Below the pieces are notes generated by a model. That model searched no databases, was not told where the DNA came from, and worked only from the letters and a program-made list of their open reading frames with translations. A stretch of 64,000 bases of DNA from Eledone cirrhosa (taxonomy: Eukaryota): positions 413,726,001 through 413,790,000 of the forward strand of contig OZ024741.1 in NCBI GenBank assembly GCA_964016885.1. The letters run 5' to 3'. Positions within the stretch are counted from its first letter, which is position 1. Each line of letters opens with the position of its first letter. Shown one piece after another: positions 12,150 through 23,667 of this stretch. Both the position numbers and the translations under genes were made by a program.

Positions 12150-13920
12150 CAGCTTGAATTTTACAACTCTGGAGATGTGAACACCATACTCCAGAATATC
12201 CTGAACTCAATATGGACAGCATGTGCAGCATCAGTACCACGTAAGCACAAAAAACATCCCAAAATTGCAATTTGGGAGACTGTAGCAGTCCAACTTGCCA
12301 GGAAAGAACATCATTGCTGAACGGGAATACAAACTGCATAAATCAGATATCAATAGAAAAAAAGTGCAATAAATCATCCAACCATCTCAAGCAAGGGACA
12401 AAAAAGTCAGTGCTTGAATTTGAATAGTGCATAGCAACCAACCCTGACAGCAAAGTGTCCTGGAAATATCTATATTCAAAGCAGAGACCTCACTCTCCAG
12501 TTGGTCTTCCTCGCAATCCCCACACAAGCCAGATTACTGACGACCTCAAAGAATGCGTAGACCTCATTGCTGAATGCTATGCAGGCATTTTTACTGTTGA
12601 AAACCAAAACATACCATCTCCAGCACCTCTGACATAAAGTTCTATAACAACTATGGAATTTACACCTGCCATGCTGTGACGTCACCTTAAGAATAAATGC
12701 AACCATGCTTCTCTCCTGGTCTTGATGGTGTTACATACCTGCTTCTCAAACATGGCGGGTACTTCCTTCTGCACCGGCTATCACTCTTCTTTCAATTCTG
12801 TCTGAACAATGGTACTACTCCGGAGCAGTGGAAAACTGCCAGTGTCATTCCTCTCTTCAAAAAGGGTGACCGCACATCTCCTGTCAACTATCGTCCAGAG
12901 ATCTGTTCTTGGTCCCTTTTTGTTTGTTGCATATATTAATAATAGATGCCAACTTAAAGAATGCCACACTACTGAAATATGCAGATGACATCAAGCTGTA
13001 CCTTGAGATAAAAAGGACAGATCCTGAACACTATAGATCTTTCCTGCAATTAGACCTGGACACAATGCAGCAACGGATCATGGACTGGCAACTCAAGCTG
13101 GCTGTGGACAAGTGTACCACCATGCATTTTGGGAGTAAAAACCCAGCGTCCACATACTCCCTCCACAACACTAATATCAAGAAGTCTTCTTGTGAACGTG
13201 ACCTGGGCATTACTATCAGCAGTGAACGAAGCACTTCTCTAAAATTGTCAAGAAGGGTGTCTTGGCATCACTCAGCAAGACCTTTGTCAGCCACTCTCCA
13301 GCTATTTATTTAAAGCTGTATATAGCTATTGTGCGGCCACATTTAGAATTTGTATCATCAGTCTGTAACCCCTATCTTGCTCAGAACATTAACCTCCTGG
13401 AAACTGTTCAGGGACATGCAACCAAACGAATACCCTCCATCAGGCATCTACCATACTCTGAACGCCTTGCTTCCCTGGGCATGGATACATTGAAGCTCTG
13501 ATGTCTGGCAACTGACTTGGTAAACACCCACAAAATTATTAACCATCTTACCAACAACAACCTTGAGCACCTTTTTGATTTCCATGTGTCTAACAGCCGT
13601 GGGCATGCCTACAAAGTCAGAAAACAGTACATCTTTCGGAAACATTTTTTCATGCTCAGAGTTGCTGAAGCATGAAACAAACTACCTGCATCAGTTGTTA
13701 GCTGTCGGCATACTGCATCCTTCAAAACTACCATGCTTCCTGAAATTTGCCAATACTATACTTGATATCCCTCTTCCATACACACGCACACATGTATATC
13801 ATGACTCATACACTGTTCACTTTCCTGACATTTTTACATTATTCTATGTACTATACATGCACCTTTGATGAGTTGTAATGCACCTTAGCACTGTACACAA
13901 TAATTTCATTATTATTATTT
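12150..13920 (+). mobile_element. Decayed CR1/L2-group LINE RT fragment with an internal deletion
   Basis: SPGLDGV..LLK, WKTASVIPLFKKGDRTSPVNYRP, KYADDIKLY, ERDLGI and LYIAIVRPHLE motifs across frames. (ATT)n tail at ~13908. Confidence 0.85.
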
Positions 13921-14161
13921 TAAACATAATTGGTATTCTATAAGAATCCAGCTTCTACAGTTCACAGCAAAAACAGGGGCGACATATAGCCTTGATAACT
14001 GCTAAACGGTGAGAAACAATCAATCATTGGTTATTTCCCTTTGCTTTTGCTGAAGTTAGGTATGTGACTGCAGTTGCTCTCTTAAATTCATTGTGAAAAA
14101 CCTTCAAAAGGTTTTTTAAATAAACATAGAGTATATTATTAAATATACAATACATATATTC

Positions 14162-14206
<45 letters not shown>

Positions 14207-14207
14207 G

Positions 14208-14390
14208 TTCCACACTGTAAATGTGGTTGGTGTTAGGAAGGGCATCCAGCCGTAGAAAACCTGCCAGATAGTCGTATATGAGCGAGACACGGTCACCCGA
14301 CCAGCCTTGTCTCAAGAGGGACAACTCCCGTCTAACCCATGCTAGCGTGGAAAATGGACGTTAAACGAAGATGATGAGATGATGATGATA
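14208..14390 (+). mobile_element. RTE/SINE 3' tail fragment
   Basis: CCACACTGTAAATGTGGTTGGTGTTAGGAAGGGCATCCAGCCGTAGAAA...GGACGTTAAACG..GATGATG. Confidence 0.8.
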
Positions 14391-14399
14391 TATATGAAT

Positions 14400-14738
14400 A
14401 TAAAGAATCACCCAGCATGTGAACGACTTTGAAGATTTGCTGACCATGGGGGAGAGGAGGAAGCTGAGGTGGTATGTTCATGTAACAAGATCAGATAGAT
14501 TTGCAAAGGTGATTCTCCAGGGAACAGTACAGGGCAAGAGAAAGCAAGGCAACAGAGGAAATGGTGGACAGATAACAGCACACCATCACAACGTAACTGA
14601 GTGGGAAGGAATGAACTTTGCTACAACCCAAGTACTCACCCATGGCTGTCGGAGATGGAAGCAGTTGGTGCAAAATTGAACAGTGCAGTGCCCCAACGAC
14701 CCCGTAAGGGGTTAGGGGACCATGATGATGATGGTGAT
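14400..14738 (+). mobile_element. 3' end of a second RTE-type LINE family
   Basis: RRKLRWYVHVTRSDRFAKVILQGTVQGKRKQG resembles the RTE ORF C-terminus (LRWFGHV.R...QG.V.GKR..GR). GAT tail. Confidence 0.7.
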
Positions 14739-15165
14739 ATACTGCACACACACACATATATATATATATCATCATCATCATTTTACGTCCGCTTTTCCCT
14801 GCTTGCAAGGGTGGGATGGGTCCTATTCAGCACAGCATCTCTCCACTTGTCACGGTCCTTCATCATTTCCTATATATCAATATATACCTGTCTATCTAAC
14901 TATCTATCACATTCTCTCCCTCTCTGTCTATTTATCTATCTTACTTTCTTTCATCTCTCTCTTTCCTTCCTTTCACTCCTCTCCCTCAAAATATCCAGGT
15001 GTGGTCAATACCATGTCACAAATTAAAGATAAGGTCAGTTGTCATTGGAGCTTTGGACTTGAGAGGGGAGGGGTCATGTAACTTGAGCAAGATCTCATAA
15101 TGCACATTGTTTTCTACCAAAACACCTTGTTTGTTGGGCACCATAATACATTCAGGAAAGTAACG

Positions 15166-15682
15166 TCTTTCTAAGGTCCTTGTTGATATTTAACAGGCGG
15201 TAGAGCATCCAATCTTTCTAAGGTCCTTGTTGATATTTAACACACGGTAGAGCATCCAATCTTTCTAAGGTCCTTGTTGATATTTAACAGGCGGTAGAGC
15301 ATCCAATCTTTCTAAGGTCCTTGTTGATATTTAACACACGGTAGAGCATCCAATCTTTCTAAGGTCCTTGTTGATATTTAACAGGCGGTAGAGCGTCCAA
15401 TCTTTCTAAGGTCCTTGTTGATATTTAACAGGCGGTAGAGCATCCAATCTTTCTAAGGTCCTTGTTGATATTTAACAGGCGGTAGAGCATCCAATCTTTC
15501 TAAGGTCCTTGTTTCTATTTAACAGGCGGTAGAGCATCCAATCTTTCTAAGGTCCTTGTTGATATTTAACACACGGTAGAGCGTCCAATCTTTCTAAGGT
15601 CCTTGTTGATATTTAACACACGGTAGAGCATCCAATCTTTCTAAGGTCCTTGTTTCTATTTAACAGGCGGTAGAGCATCCAA
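15166..15682. repeat. 47-bp minisatellite, 11 copies
   Basis: Unit TCTTTCTAAGGTCCTTGTTGATATTTAACAGGCGGTAGAGCATCCAA; 517 bp = 11 x 47. Confidence 0.98.
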
Positions 15683-15711
15683 TAATCATCATATTTATTG
15701 TACAAATAATA

Positions 15712-15872
15712 ATTGTTTCTACTTTAAACACAAGGCCAGCAATTACTCAGTGCATTACTGGTACTTTATTTTATTAACCTCGGTGGGGTTTGAACTCAGA
15801 CCGTAAGGGCTCATAACTCTATGCTGCAAAGCATGGCATTTGACTCTCTACCCACACTGCCAATCCATAGCC

Positions 15873-15917
<45 letters not shown>

Positions 15918-16010
15918 TGTTTCTACTTTAGGCACAAGGCCAGCAATTACCCAGTGCATTACTGGTACTTTATTTTATCGACCCCGTAAGGATGAAAGGC
16001 AAAATGACTA
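15712..16010 (-). mobile_element. Two fragments of a tRNA-derived SINE separated by (AAT)n
   Basis: Reverse complement has B box TCTGAGTTCAAACCCC and TTTGCCTTTCATCCTTACGGGGTCGATAAAATAAAGTACCAGT. The same family appears at 22190-22295 and 21685-21750. Confidence 0.6.
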
Positions 16011-16045
16011 AATATATAATGAAATATAGATTTCAGAGGCCCTAA

Positions 16046-16215
16046 GGGGCCACATGAGATAAGCTAAGAGGCCACATGCGATAAGCTTTAGAGCCACATG
16101 TGATAAGTGATGGGGCCACATGCGATAAGCTAAAGAGCCACATGTGATAAGCTAAATAGCCACATGTAATGGGGCTAAAGAGTCACATGTGATGGGGCTA
16201 AAGAGTCACATGTGG
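16046..16215. repeat. 22-23-bp minisatellite, 8 copies, each with CACATG
   Basis: GAGCCACATGTGATAAGCTAAA-like units with CACATG every 22-23 bp. Confidence 0.9.
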
Positions 16216-16281
16216 TTCTGAAGCTGTAGATTTTCCCAAAGCTTTGCTGTTGTATTATAATGCTTGTTTCTCTCTCCCCAG

Positions 16282-16415
16282 GCAGTATACTGTGTATGCT
16301 CCAATGGCTTGATAAAGCCCTCGACTGCAATAAAAGACGCTACAAAGGGTTCACACCATATGAAATTGTACAAGGCTTGGAGAAGCTGGCAGTTACAGAT
16401 TCTAACAAATTGAAG
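16282..16415 (+). CDS. Internal exon B of the ARM/TIR protein gene
   Basis: Acceptor tttctctctccccag| and donor AAG|gtaatg. G+GC completes Gly. Encodes GSILCMLQWLDKALDCNKRRYKGFTPYEIVQGLEKLAVTDSNKLK. Confidence 0.85.
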
Positions 16416-16959
16416 GTAATGTCTTCTTTTTTGTTTTTTTCTAAAGAAGTTAACATTCTTTATACCAACTCAGCTGAAATTGTGCCCTGGTTTTATAATA
16501 CAAAACTGTTATAAAGTGTTTATATTGAGGGATGGGCTCTGCCAGGCTTAAAATCCCCTAGAAATGCCATATGTTACTATGGCACATCTACAACTCCATC
16601 AGGTATTATAGAGTTATACAAACAGATTTTTTTCTAAAACCTCGCTGTGTGTATCTTGTTTAAAATAGGTACACTGTATCCTGGCATGTCCTAAGAGAGT
16701 TGGCACGAGGAGAGGCATCTAGCTATAAAATACTGCCTCATAAAGGACCTCATGATAAATATAAAGCCTGCTATGGGGTATACAAGGCTAGCTTTTGTTT
16801 AAATAATAAAATACTCTTAACCCTTAACCTTTAACATTACACTATATTTACTATTGTATTTTCACAATATGATAATGAAAATTATTGTGTACAGTGCTCA
16901 GGTGCACTACAACTCATCAAAGGTGCATGTATAGTACATAGAATAATAAACAGTGTAAG

Positions 16960-17174
16960 ATTGCAAAAGGTTCCTGGCTTGATCACTGCCACAGAGGCCT
17001 GGTTGAAGGTACAACCTTCCGAGTTCTTTTTATAGGGCTTAGAAAAACTGGAGGACCACTGCAATAAGTGTGTGAATCTGATGAGAGGGGAATATGTTGA
17101 ATAAAATCATAATTAACTGATCCTCCTGTATTTTCTTTTAACCAAAGCCAGAAACTTTTCAGCACACCCTCGTA
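16960..17174 (-). mobile_element. Tc1/mariner-like non-autonomous fragment
   Basis: Minus strand starts TA-CGAGGGTGTGCTGAAAAGTTTCTGGCTT, a mariner-type terminus at a TA run. A degenerate inverted counterpart AAAAGGTTCCTGGCTT lies at ~16965. Confidence 0.55.
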
Positions 17175-17702
17175 TATATATATATATATATATACGAAAA
17201 TAGAGACATATATCATAAGAATAGAGAAGAAGGAACTATGATATAATATATTAGATGACTTTAGCTAAAACGAAGCATGCTCAATGCTTAGAAATGTGAT
17301 GTTAAATATTATAGTGGAGTTAATATTTAAGGAGAGTTATATGCAGAAGATAAGTAGAGCAGGAAAAATCAGAAATATATGGATGAGAAAGCAAGACATT
17401 TAAAAACAAAATTTAATTACACAGTGTTTCATCTTCAAGTAGATTTACAATATAGTAGGTAGACATATATGTGTGTATATATTCTACAGTAGAGATACAC
17501 TTATAAGACTCATCAGAGAGAAATGTTTATCCTTAAAGATGTCACATCAGGGATAGACTGCAGTCGTATGGACTTGGACTATCCCTTCAGTGATATTAGA
17601 AATATGGCAATGGAAGGGTTAACAGCCTTTCCTATTATTGTATAGCTGAAAGATAACACATATTAAATTGATTCTTAACTCTGTGTGTTTTTCTATTTCT
17701 AG

Positions 17703-17958
17703 ATCGTTGATGGTGGAATACTGTCAATGTTGAGTCGTATGTTACAGTGTGACGATGTCCGAGAACAGTGTTCAGCTGCAAGAATTCTGTGGACGTTAGT
17801 ATTTGATGAAAATGTCCGCGAACGATTATTAAATGATGAACAGGAGTTGGTGAATTTACTAGAATCTTTGAAAGATAACAAAGATAAACTCGTCAGTGCC
17901 AATGTGAAAGGGGTCCTCTGGTTATTAAACGGTGCAACTCAGGTGACAGAGGTGGACA
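17703..17958 (+). CDS. Internal exon C of the ARM/TIR protein gene (armadillo-like repeats)
   Basis: Acceptor tttttctatttctag| and donor |gtaagt. Encodes IVDGGILSMLSRMLQCDDVREQCSAARILWTLVFDENVRERLL...VSANVKGVLWLL, with ARM-like G-x-L-x2-L and AA-x2-LW-x-L patterns. Confidence 0.9.
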
Positions 17959-18124
17959 GTAAGTTTTTCAGGGTTTTTTTCACTGTTTGTCTAATTTGAA
18001 TTTTAGTGGGGGCAAGGCCAGATTTAATGGGGGATCAGGTGGAGGTAAATACCCTGAGCCACATTCATCAAACAGATCCTCCCTCCTTTGCAGATAGGGT
18101 CCCTTCTTCTCCCTCTCTTATGTG

Positions 18125-18171
<47 letters not shown>

Positions 18172-18360
18172 GGCCTAATGCATACGGATGCTTTAAGCAT
18201 CCCACACCAATTATATATATATATATATATGGGATGAGGTGATAAAAACCGACCTTACCCAATTACACCTCTCAAAGGCGATGACACACGTCTGTGACCT
18301 CTGGTGTCACACAGTAATACAGAAGACCCAATCCCCCACAGGTACAAGCCGAAGCTGAAG

Positions 18361-19998
18361 CATATAGATTTTCCTTGTACGACAACTACAGGAGAAGTAC
18401 CTAGCTAAAAGTAAACCCCTATACTTAGCTTTTGTTGACTTGGAGAAAGCATTTGACAGAGTCCCCCACGCCATTATCTGGTGGGCCCTTAGAAAACTAG
18501 GGGCTGATGAATGGCTTGTGAGAGCTATACAAGCTATGTTTAAAGAAACAGTCAGCAAGGTTAGAATTAACAACGAATATAGTGAAGAGTTTAGCGTAAA
18601 AGTTGGTGTTCATCAAGGCTCTGTCCTTAGTCCCCTCCCATTTATTATTGCCCTTCAGGTTATAACAGAGGAGTTCAAGACCGGCTGCCCTTGGAAACTT
18701 CTCTATGCAGATGATCTAACACTCATAGCTGAATCAATGGCTGAACTAGAGAAGAAATTCCAAACATGGAAGCATGGCCTAGAATCAAAAGGCCTTAAAG
18801 TTAACTTGTCTAAGACTAAAGTTCTAGTATGTAGGAAGGAAAATAGGGCACAGGTCCCCTCTGAGAAATGGCCATGCTCAGTGTGTAGGAAAGAAGTAGG
18901 CAGAAATTCCATTTTATGTCCCACATGCAAAGTATGGGTGCATAAAAGATGTAGTGGGATCACAGGTAAGCTAACTAAGAATATAGATTTTATATGTGGC
19001 CAGTGCTCAGGTGCAATAAGTAGCAAGTGCCCACAGGATACTAGCTCCTTCTATTGCCCAGATGGCTCTATAGAAATAGTGGACACCTTCCGTTACCTGG
19101 GTAACAAAATCAGCAGTGGTGGAGGGTGCTCAGAAAGTACAGTGGCCAGAGTCAGAATGGGATGGAAAAAATTCAGAGAGCTTATACCACTATTGGCCGC
19201 TAAAGGTTTCTCTCTAAAAATGAAAGGCAGATTGTATGATGCCTGCATACGAACAGCTATGTTACATGGCAGTGAGACTTGGGCATTGTGTGCAGAGGAT
19301 CTGCATAGACTGGAAAGGAACGAAGCTTGCATGCTCCATTGGATGTGTAATAGTAATATACGCGAACGGCAAAGCATAAATGAACTAAGTGAGAAATTAG
19401 GAATAAGAGGGATCAGATGCTGTTTACTCGAGAGAAGACTACGTTGGTATGGCCACGTGATGCGCATGAAAGACGACAGCTGTATAAAAAAGTGCAGGGC
19501 GATCAAAATTGACGGAAGTAGGCAGACTCAGAAAAACCTGGGCCAATTTTATAAATTCCAACCTTACACACTTACACCTCTCTAAGACAATGTCACTGGA
19601 TCAAGATCTTTGGCGCTACGCAGTAATACAGAAGACCCGCCTTGCCTAAGTACAAAGCGAAACCTTCCGTCTGTAGGCACCTCTTAACCAAATATACACC
19701 CCAACTCCCCCACCCCACCAACATCACCCTTTCTCTGTCCGAAATAAATAAGGTCATGTAGGTGTCACGACAAAAAAACACACAGTCCACGCTGTAATGT
19801 GGCCGTGTAGGTAACACAGTAAAACCTCCCAGTCCACACTGTAAACGTGGTTGGTGTTAGGAAGGGCATCCAGCCGTAGAAAATCTTCCAGACAGTCCTA
19901 TACGAGCAAGACAACCAATCTTGCCTCTAGTGGGGCAATTCCCGTCTAAACCCATGCTAGCGTGGAAGACAGACGTTAAACGATGATGATGATGATGA
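18361..19998 (+). mobile_element. 5'-truncated RTE-clade LINE, relatively young
   Basis: RT reading frame (IFLVRQLQEK..AFVDLEKAFDRVP..GVHQGSVLSP..LLYADDL..FRYLG) followed by a 3' UTR with tandem units and a (GAT)n tail. Confidence 0.92.
18440..19585 (+). pseudogene. Reverse transcriptase (RTE clade) with an embedded PHD-like Cys/His finger; truncated and frameshifted near 19516
   Basis: YADD catalytic motif. C-x2-C...C-x2-C-x4-H-x2-C...C-x2-C cluster. Comparison with the copy at ~1440 shows a small deletion that shifts the GRPRKTW frame. Confidence 0.88.
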
Positions 19999-20301
19999 TA
20001 TATGAATGTATCTATTGTATATTTAATAATATACTTTATGTTTATTTAAAAAACATTTTGAAGGCCTTTCGCTATGAATTGAAGGTAGCGACTACAGTCA
20101 CACACCTTGATTCAGCACAAACAAAGGGAAATAACTGACGATCGATCGCTTAGCAGTTATCAAGGCGATATATCGCCTCTGTCTTTGCTGAAGCTATGTG
20201 ACTATAGTCACTACCTTAAATTCATAGTAAAAGGCCTTCAAAATGTTTTTAAATAAACCTACATTCATATATACATCGCTATTTCAGAGCTCTAACGCAA
20301 A
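19997..20301. mobile_element. Foldback/MITE-like element with long inverted arms
   Basis: ~20040-20120 is inverted to ~20183-20258. Internal palindromes AGGCGATATATCGCCT and GTGACTATAGTCAC. Confidence 0.6.
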
Positions 20302-20689
20302 TATATATATATATATTTATATATTTATATATATATATATATATACAAGTTAATATAAATTAATATATATGATAAAACACAAATACCAACATATAAGTGT
20401 TTGTATTGTAAATGACTAAGTTAGCTAGATTGAAAAATACTAATTATAATAATACAGTTTGCCTGTCTCGATTTAAAATAATAAATCAATAAAAACAAAC
20501 GATATTGGCAAATGGCCGTGGTACTTAGACAAATTTAAATTTCAAAATCAAACCTGTTCCGTAGATAAGTTTAAACTTCAAAATCCATATTACACGGCTC
20601 AGAAATACTTCTTTCTTTGAGCTATTTCATTGTAAAGGACTGCTTGAGTTTAGAACTCATTATTCTTAGTATATATATATAAACAATAT

Positions 20690-21100
20690 GCCCCCACACC
20701 CCCCACCGCAAGGTGGTCGTGGAGGTGCCACGGCAAAAAAGCACCCAGCCCACACTGTAAACGTGTAGGCGCCACGAAAAAGCACCCAGCACTCACTGTA
20801 AATGAGGTTGGTGTTAAGAAGGGCATCCAGCTGTAGAAATCAAGCCAGATCAGTTCCTGTATGAGCAAGGCATGGTCAGCCGACCAGACACTGCACACAA
20901 CAGGACAACCCGTCTAACCCATGCTAGCGTGGAAGAACGGACGTAAAACGGTGATGATGATGATGATGATGTGTGTGTGTGTGTGTAAAGTGGTTGTGTA
21001 GGTGTCACAATAAAAAGCACCCAGCCCACACTGTTAATGTGGTTGGCCATAGAAACCAAACCAAAATCAGTTCTGTCTGAGCAAGAATGGTCATCTGACC
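20690..21100 (+). mobile_element. Two SINE/RTE tail fragments
   Basis: Near-identical to 4400-4560 (GTGGTCGTGGAGGTGCCACGGCAAAAAAGCACCCAGCCCACACTGTAAA). (GAT)n at ~20952. Confidence 0.8.
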
Positions 21101-21391
21101 TAACATGCAGCTGGCTGAGTATTCCACAGACATGTACAGCATAACAGTGTATAACAAGTCCATCTTGAATTACAGTGTAAGTTGGCTGAGTATTCCACAG
21201 TCAGGTGTAGCCTTAATCTAGTTCTCAGGGAGATTCAGCAGTGTCTGACATGGCTGCCCCTTTAAATTACAGGTACAACTAATGGACTAGAAAAAAACAC
21301 AACACACTCCTGGGAATCAAACTCATCAACCATGAATTCTGAAGTAAACACCCTAACCACAAAGCCATGCACCTTCAGAGCTGAAAGACAC

Positions 21392-21662
21392 CTCATCACT
21401 TCTTGTCTCTCTTCCACTCCACCACTTCTTGTCTCTCCCCCACCCACCACTTCCTCTCCCTTCCCAACCACACTACTTCCAGTCTTTCTTCCACCCCACC
21501 ACTTCTTGTCCCTTCTCCACCCCACCACTTCCTGTCTCTCCACCCCACCACTTCCTGTCTCTCCCCCACCCACCACTTCCTGTCCCTTCCCCCACCCCAC
21601 TACTTCCTGTCTCTCCCCACCCACCACTTCCTGTCTCCCCCCACCCCACCACTTCCTTCTCT
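21392..21662. repeat. C-rich ~22-bp minisatellite
   Basis: Repeats of CCCACCACTTCCTGTCTCTCCCC. Confidence 0.9.
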
Positions 21663-22061
21663 CTGTCTTAAAATCCCACACAAGTCAACTTTGCCTTTCA
21701 TCTTTTCGAGGTCAATCAAAATAAAGTACCAGTGAAATACTGGGGTTGATTCCTCCTCTACATCCCTTTCTCTGGAAGAAATCTACTGAGAGAAGGGCTC
21801 TGCCAGGCTTAAAATAAAGCCCTAGAAACACTGTATGTCAATATGCCGCCTTTATGACTTCCTCAGGAGTTACGGAGCGACGGGGTCCATACCATATGTC
21901 AATATGGCACCCCTACAACTCCCTCAGGTGTTATGGCACCATATGTCTGTACAGCACCCCTAAAACTCCATTATGGGTAAAAAATAAGAGGGAGATATTA
22001 TCAAGTAGGCTGCTATTATTGTCAAAAAAAAAACCAAATTAAAATATTTTATTATTTCCAG

Positions 22062-22156
22062 AAGAGACAGTTCGTGCCAGGGCCAAAACCCATGTGTTCA
22101 TCAGTTACTCTGTTGTAGATAAAGAAAGTGTATGGAGAGTGAGAGACAGGTTAAAG
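22062..22156 (+). CDS. Internal exon D of the ARM/TIR protein gene (start of the TIR domain)
   Basis: Acceptor ttttattatttccag| and donor AAG|gttggt. A+AA completes Lys. Encodes KETVRARAKTHVFISYSVVDKESVWRVRDRLK; HVFISYS matches TIR box 1 (beta-A) followed by helix A. Too short to appear in the ORF track. Confidence 0.85.
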
Positions 22157-22189
22157 GTTGGTATATTATTATTGTTATTATCATTAGTA

Positions 22190-22295
22190 ATTGGTAGAGC
22201 GTCGGACACCATGCGTCAAGGCTTAGAGTTACTGTACTTTATGTTCTGAGTTCAAATCCCACCAAGGTTAGCTTTGCCTTTCATCCTTACGGGGG
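22190..22295 (+). mobile_element. tRNA-derived SINE head fragment
   Basis: GGTAGAGCGTCGG...GTTCTGAGTTCAAATCCC B box, then TTTGCCTTTCATCCTT. Confidence 0.6.
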
Positions 22296-23496
22296 TGGTG
22301 TGGTTTACTAAATTGTTGTAATCTGTTGGTAGAGGAAGGTTTACTAATCAATATATCGATGATTCATCTTTGATCACTAAACACTCACGTCTATTAGCTT
22401 CATGTTAATGTCAAATGTCAGGCTAATATTTTGGGTGGAAGAGAGAAAATAGTAAAACGAACGCTAATGAAGAATTTGGTTAAAGGGAGGTAAATCTCTG
22501 CTGCCATTTCTTTATTTCTCTGTAAAATGGCAGAAAGAAATATTTCTTGTATTTTTTAAACTAAAGAAAGACCAGAAATCTTCTGGCATAGAAAAAGAAA
22601 TATTTTAACATTATTAATATATTCTTTATTAGCAATTTCATTGCCTCATTTTTAGTGAAAAACAATGCTGGTTATTTTCAAATATTTTGAAAATTATCTG
22701 GAATTTGGAGGGATTTAGTAATACAACTAACTTTCTCATTATTAACAGCTTTGTTTACTATATTTTTAATTAAAGACACTACCTTTAATTTTCAAATTAC
22801 TTTGAAAATAATCAAGATTTTCAAGCTGGTATTTGGAACATAGTGTACCAAGAATTGTTACATAAAATTAGGATGGAACCTGGGGGTGGAATGCTGGGCT
22901 TAGGGGTTTTGTTGTTGTATACTTCTAGGAGACACATCCAGGGCCTTTTCACTCCTGTTGGAGGAATCCTTCCTTGGTTGAGCTCCATTGCTTTCTGTTT
23001 GGTTTTAGTTATGTCAGGGTGTAGCCATACTCACTACACTTCCCTGTTTGTGAGTTGGTGAGGTTCTGCAGAGTTCATCCAGGTTATCAACAAACCACTC
23101 AACCATGAAGCAAGTTGTATTGGGTTATATGGTGCAGTGTAGCAGCCAGAAAGATGATCTCATATAGGAATGTTACTGGCTAATTTTCTATGGTAGAATG
23201 AATTTCCTAACATCAACCACATTGACAGTGTGTGGGGCTGGATGCTTTTTGCTGTGTCTTTTACACGTCCACTTTACAGTGTGGAGGGCTGGATGTTTTG
23301 TGGTACCAGCATAATATACATATATATATATGTGTGTGTGTTTACATGCACATATCATGATAATGATAAGCACATATATATATGTTTGTGTGCATATAAA
23401 TATACCATATATGTAATATACATACACATATCATACATATAAGCACTTCATACATATACATACGCACTTCATATATATATATACACATATAAATAT

Positions 23497-23667
23497 ATCA
23501 TCGACCTCATTGATTAGTGTCCATCATTCATGAGAAGGACGGATTGACCCTTGTTTAGCTCAGCCGGGGCAGATTTTGGCTTGGTTTCTACAGCTGGGTA
23601 CCCTTTAGTGTGTGAGGAGTGCTTCATGTTGTATCACCTACACAACCAAATTACAGTGGGGCCTGGA
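23497..23667 (-). mobile_element. Minus-strand SINE/RTE tail that leads into the satellite
   Basis: Reverse complement of 23576-23606 (AAAGGGTACCCAGCTGTAGAAACCAAGCCAA) matches SINE tail 20818-20848 (GAAGGGCATCCAGCTGTAGAAATCAAGCCAG). Confidence 0.7.

Noticed and set aside
21262-21735. Pro/Thr- or Gly-rich ORFs on both strands
   Set aside because: They arise from a C-rich 22-bp minisatellite and have no splice-compatible link to the gene.
11549-22156. Calling the gene SARM1 or MyD88
   Set aside because: No SAM domains lie between ARM and TIR and no death domain is visible. Only a partial gene is in the window, so no symbol was assigned.
22843-23061. Possible next TIR exon
   Set aside because: No frame after a plausible acceptor gives TIR beta-B/BB-loop-like sequence.
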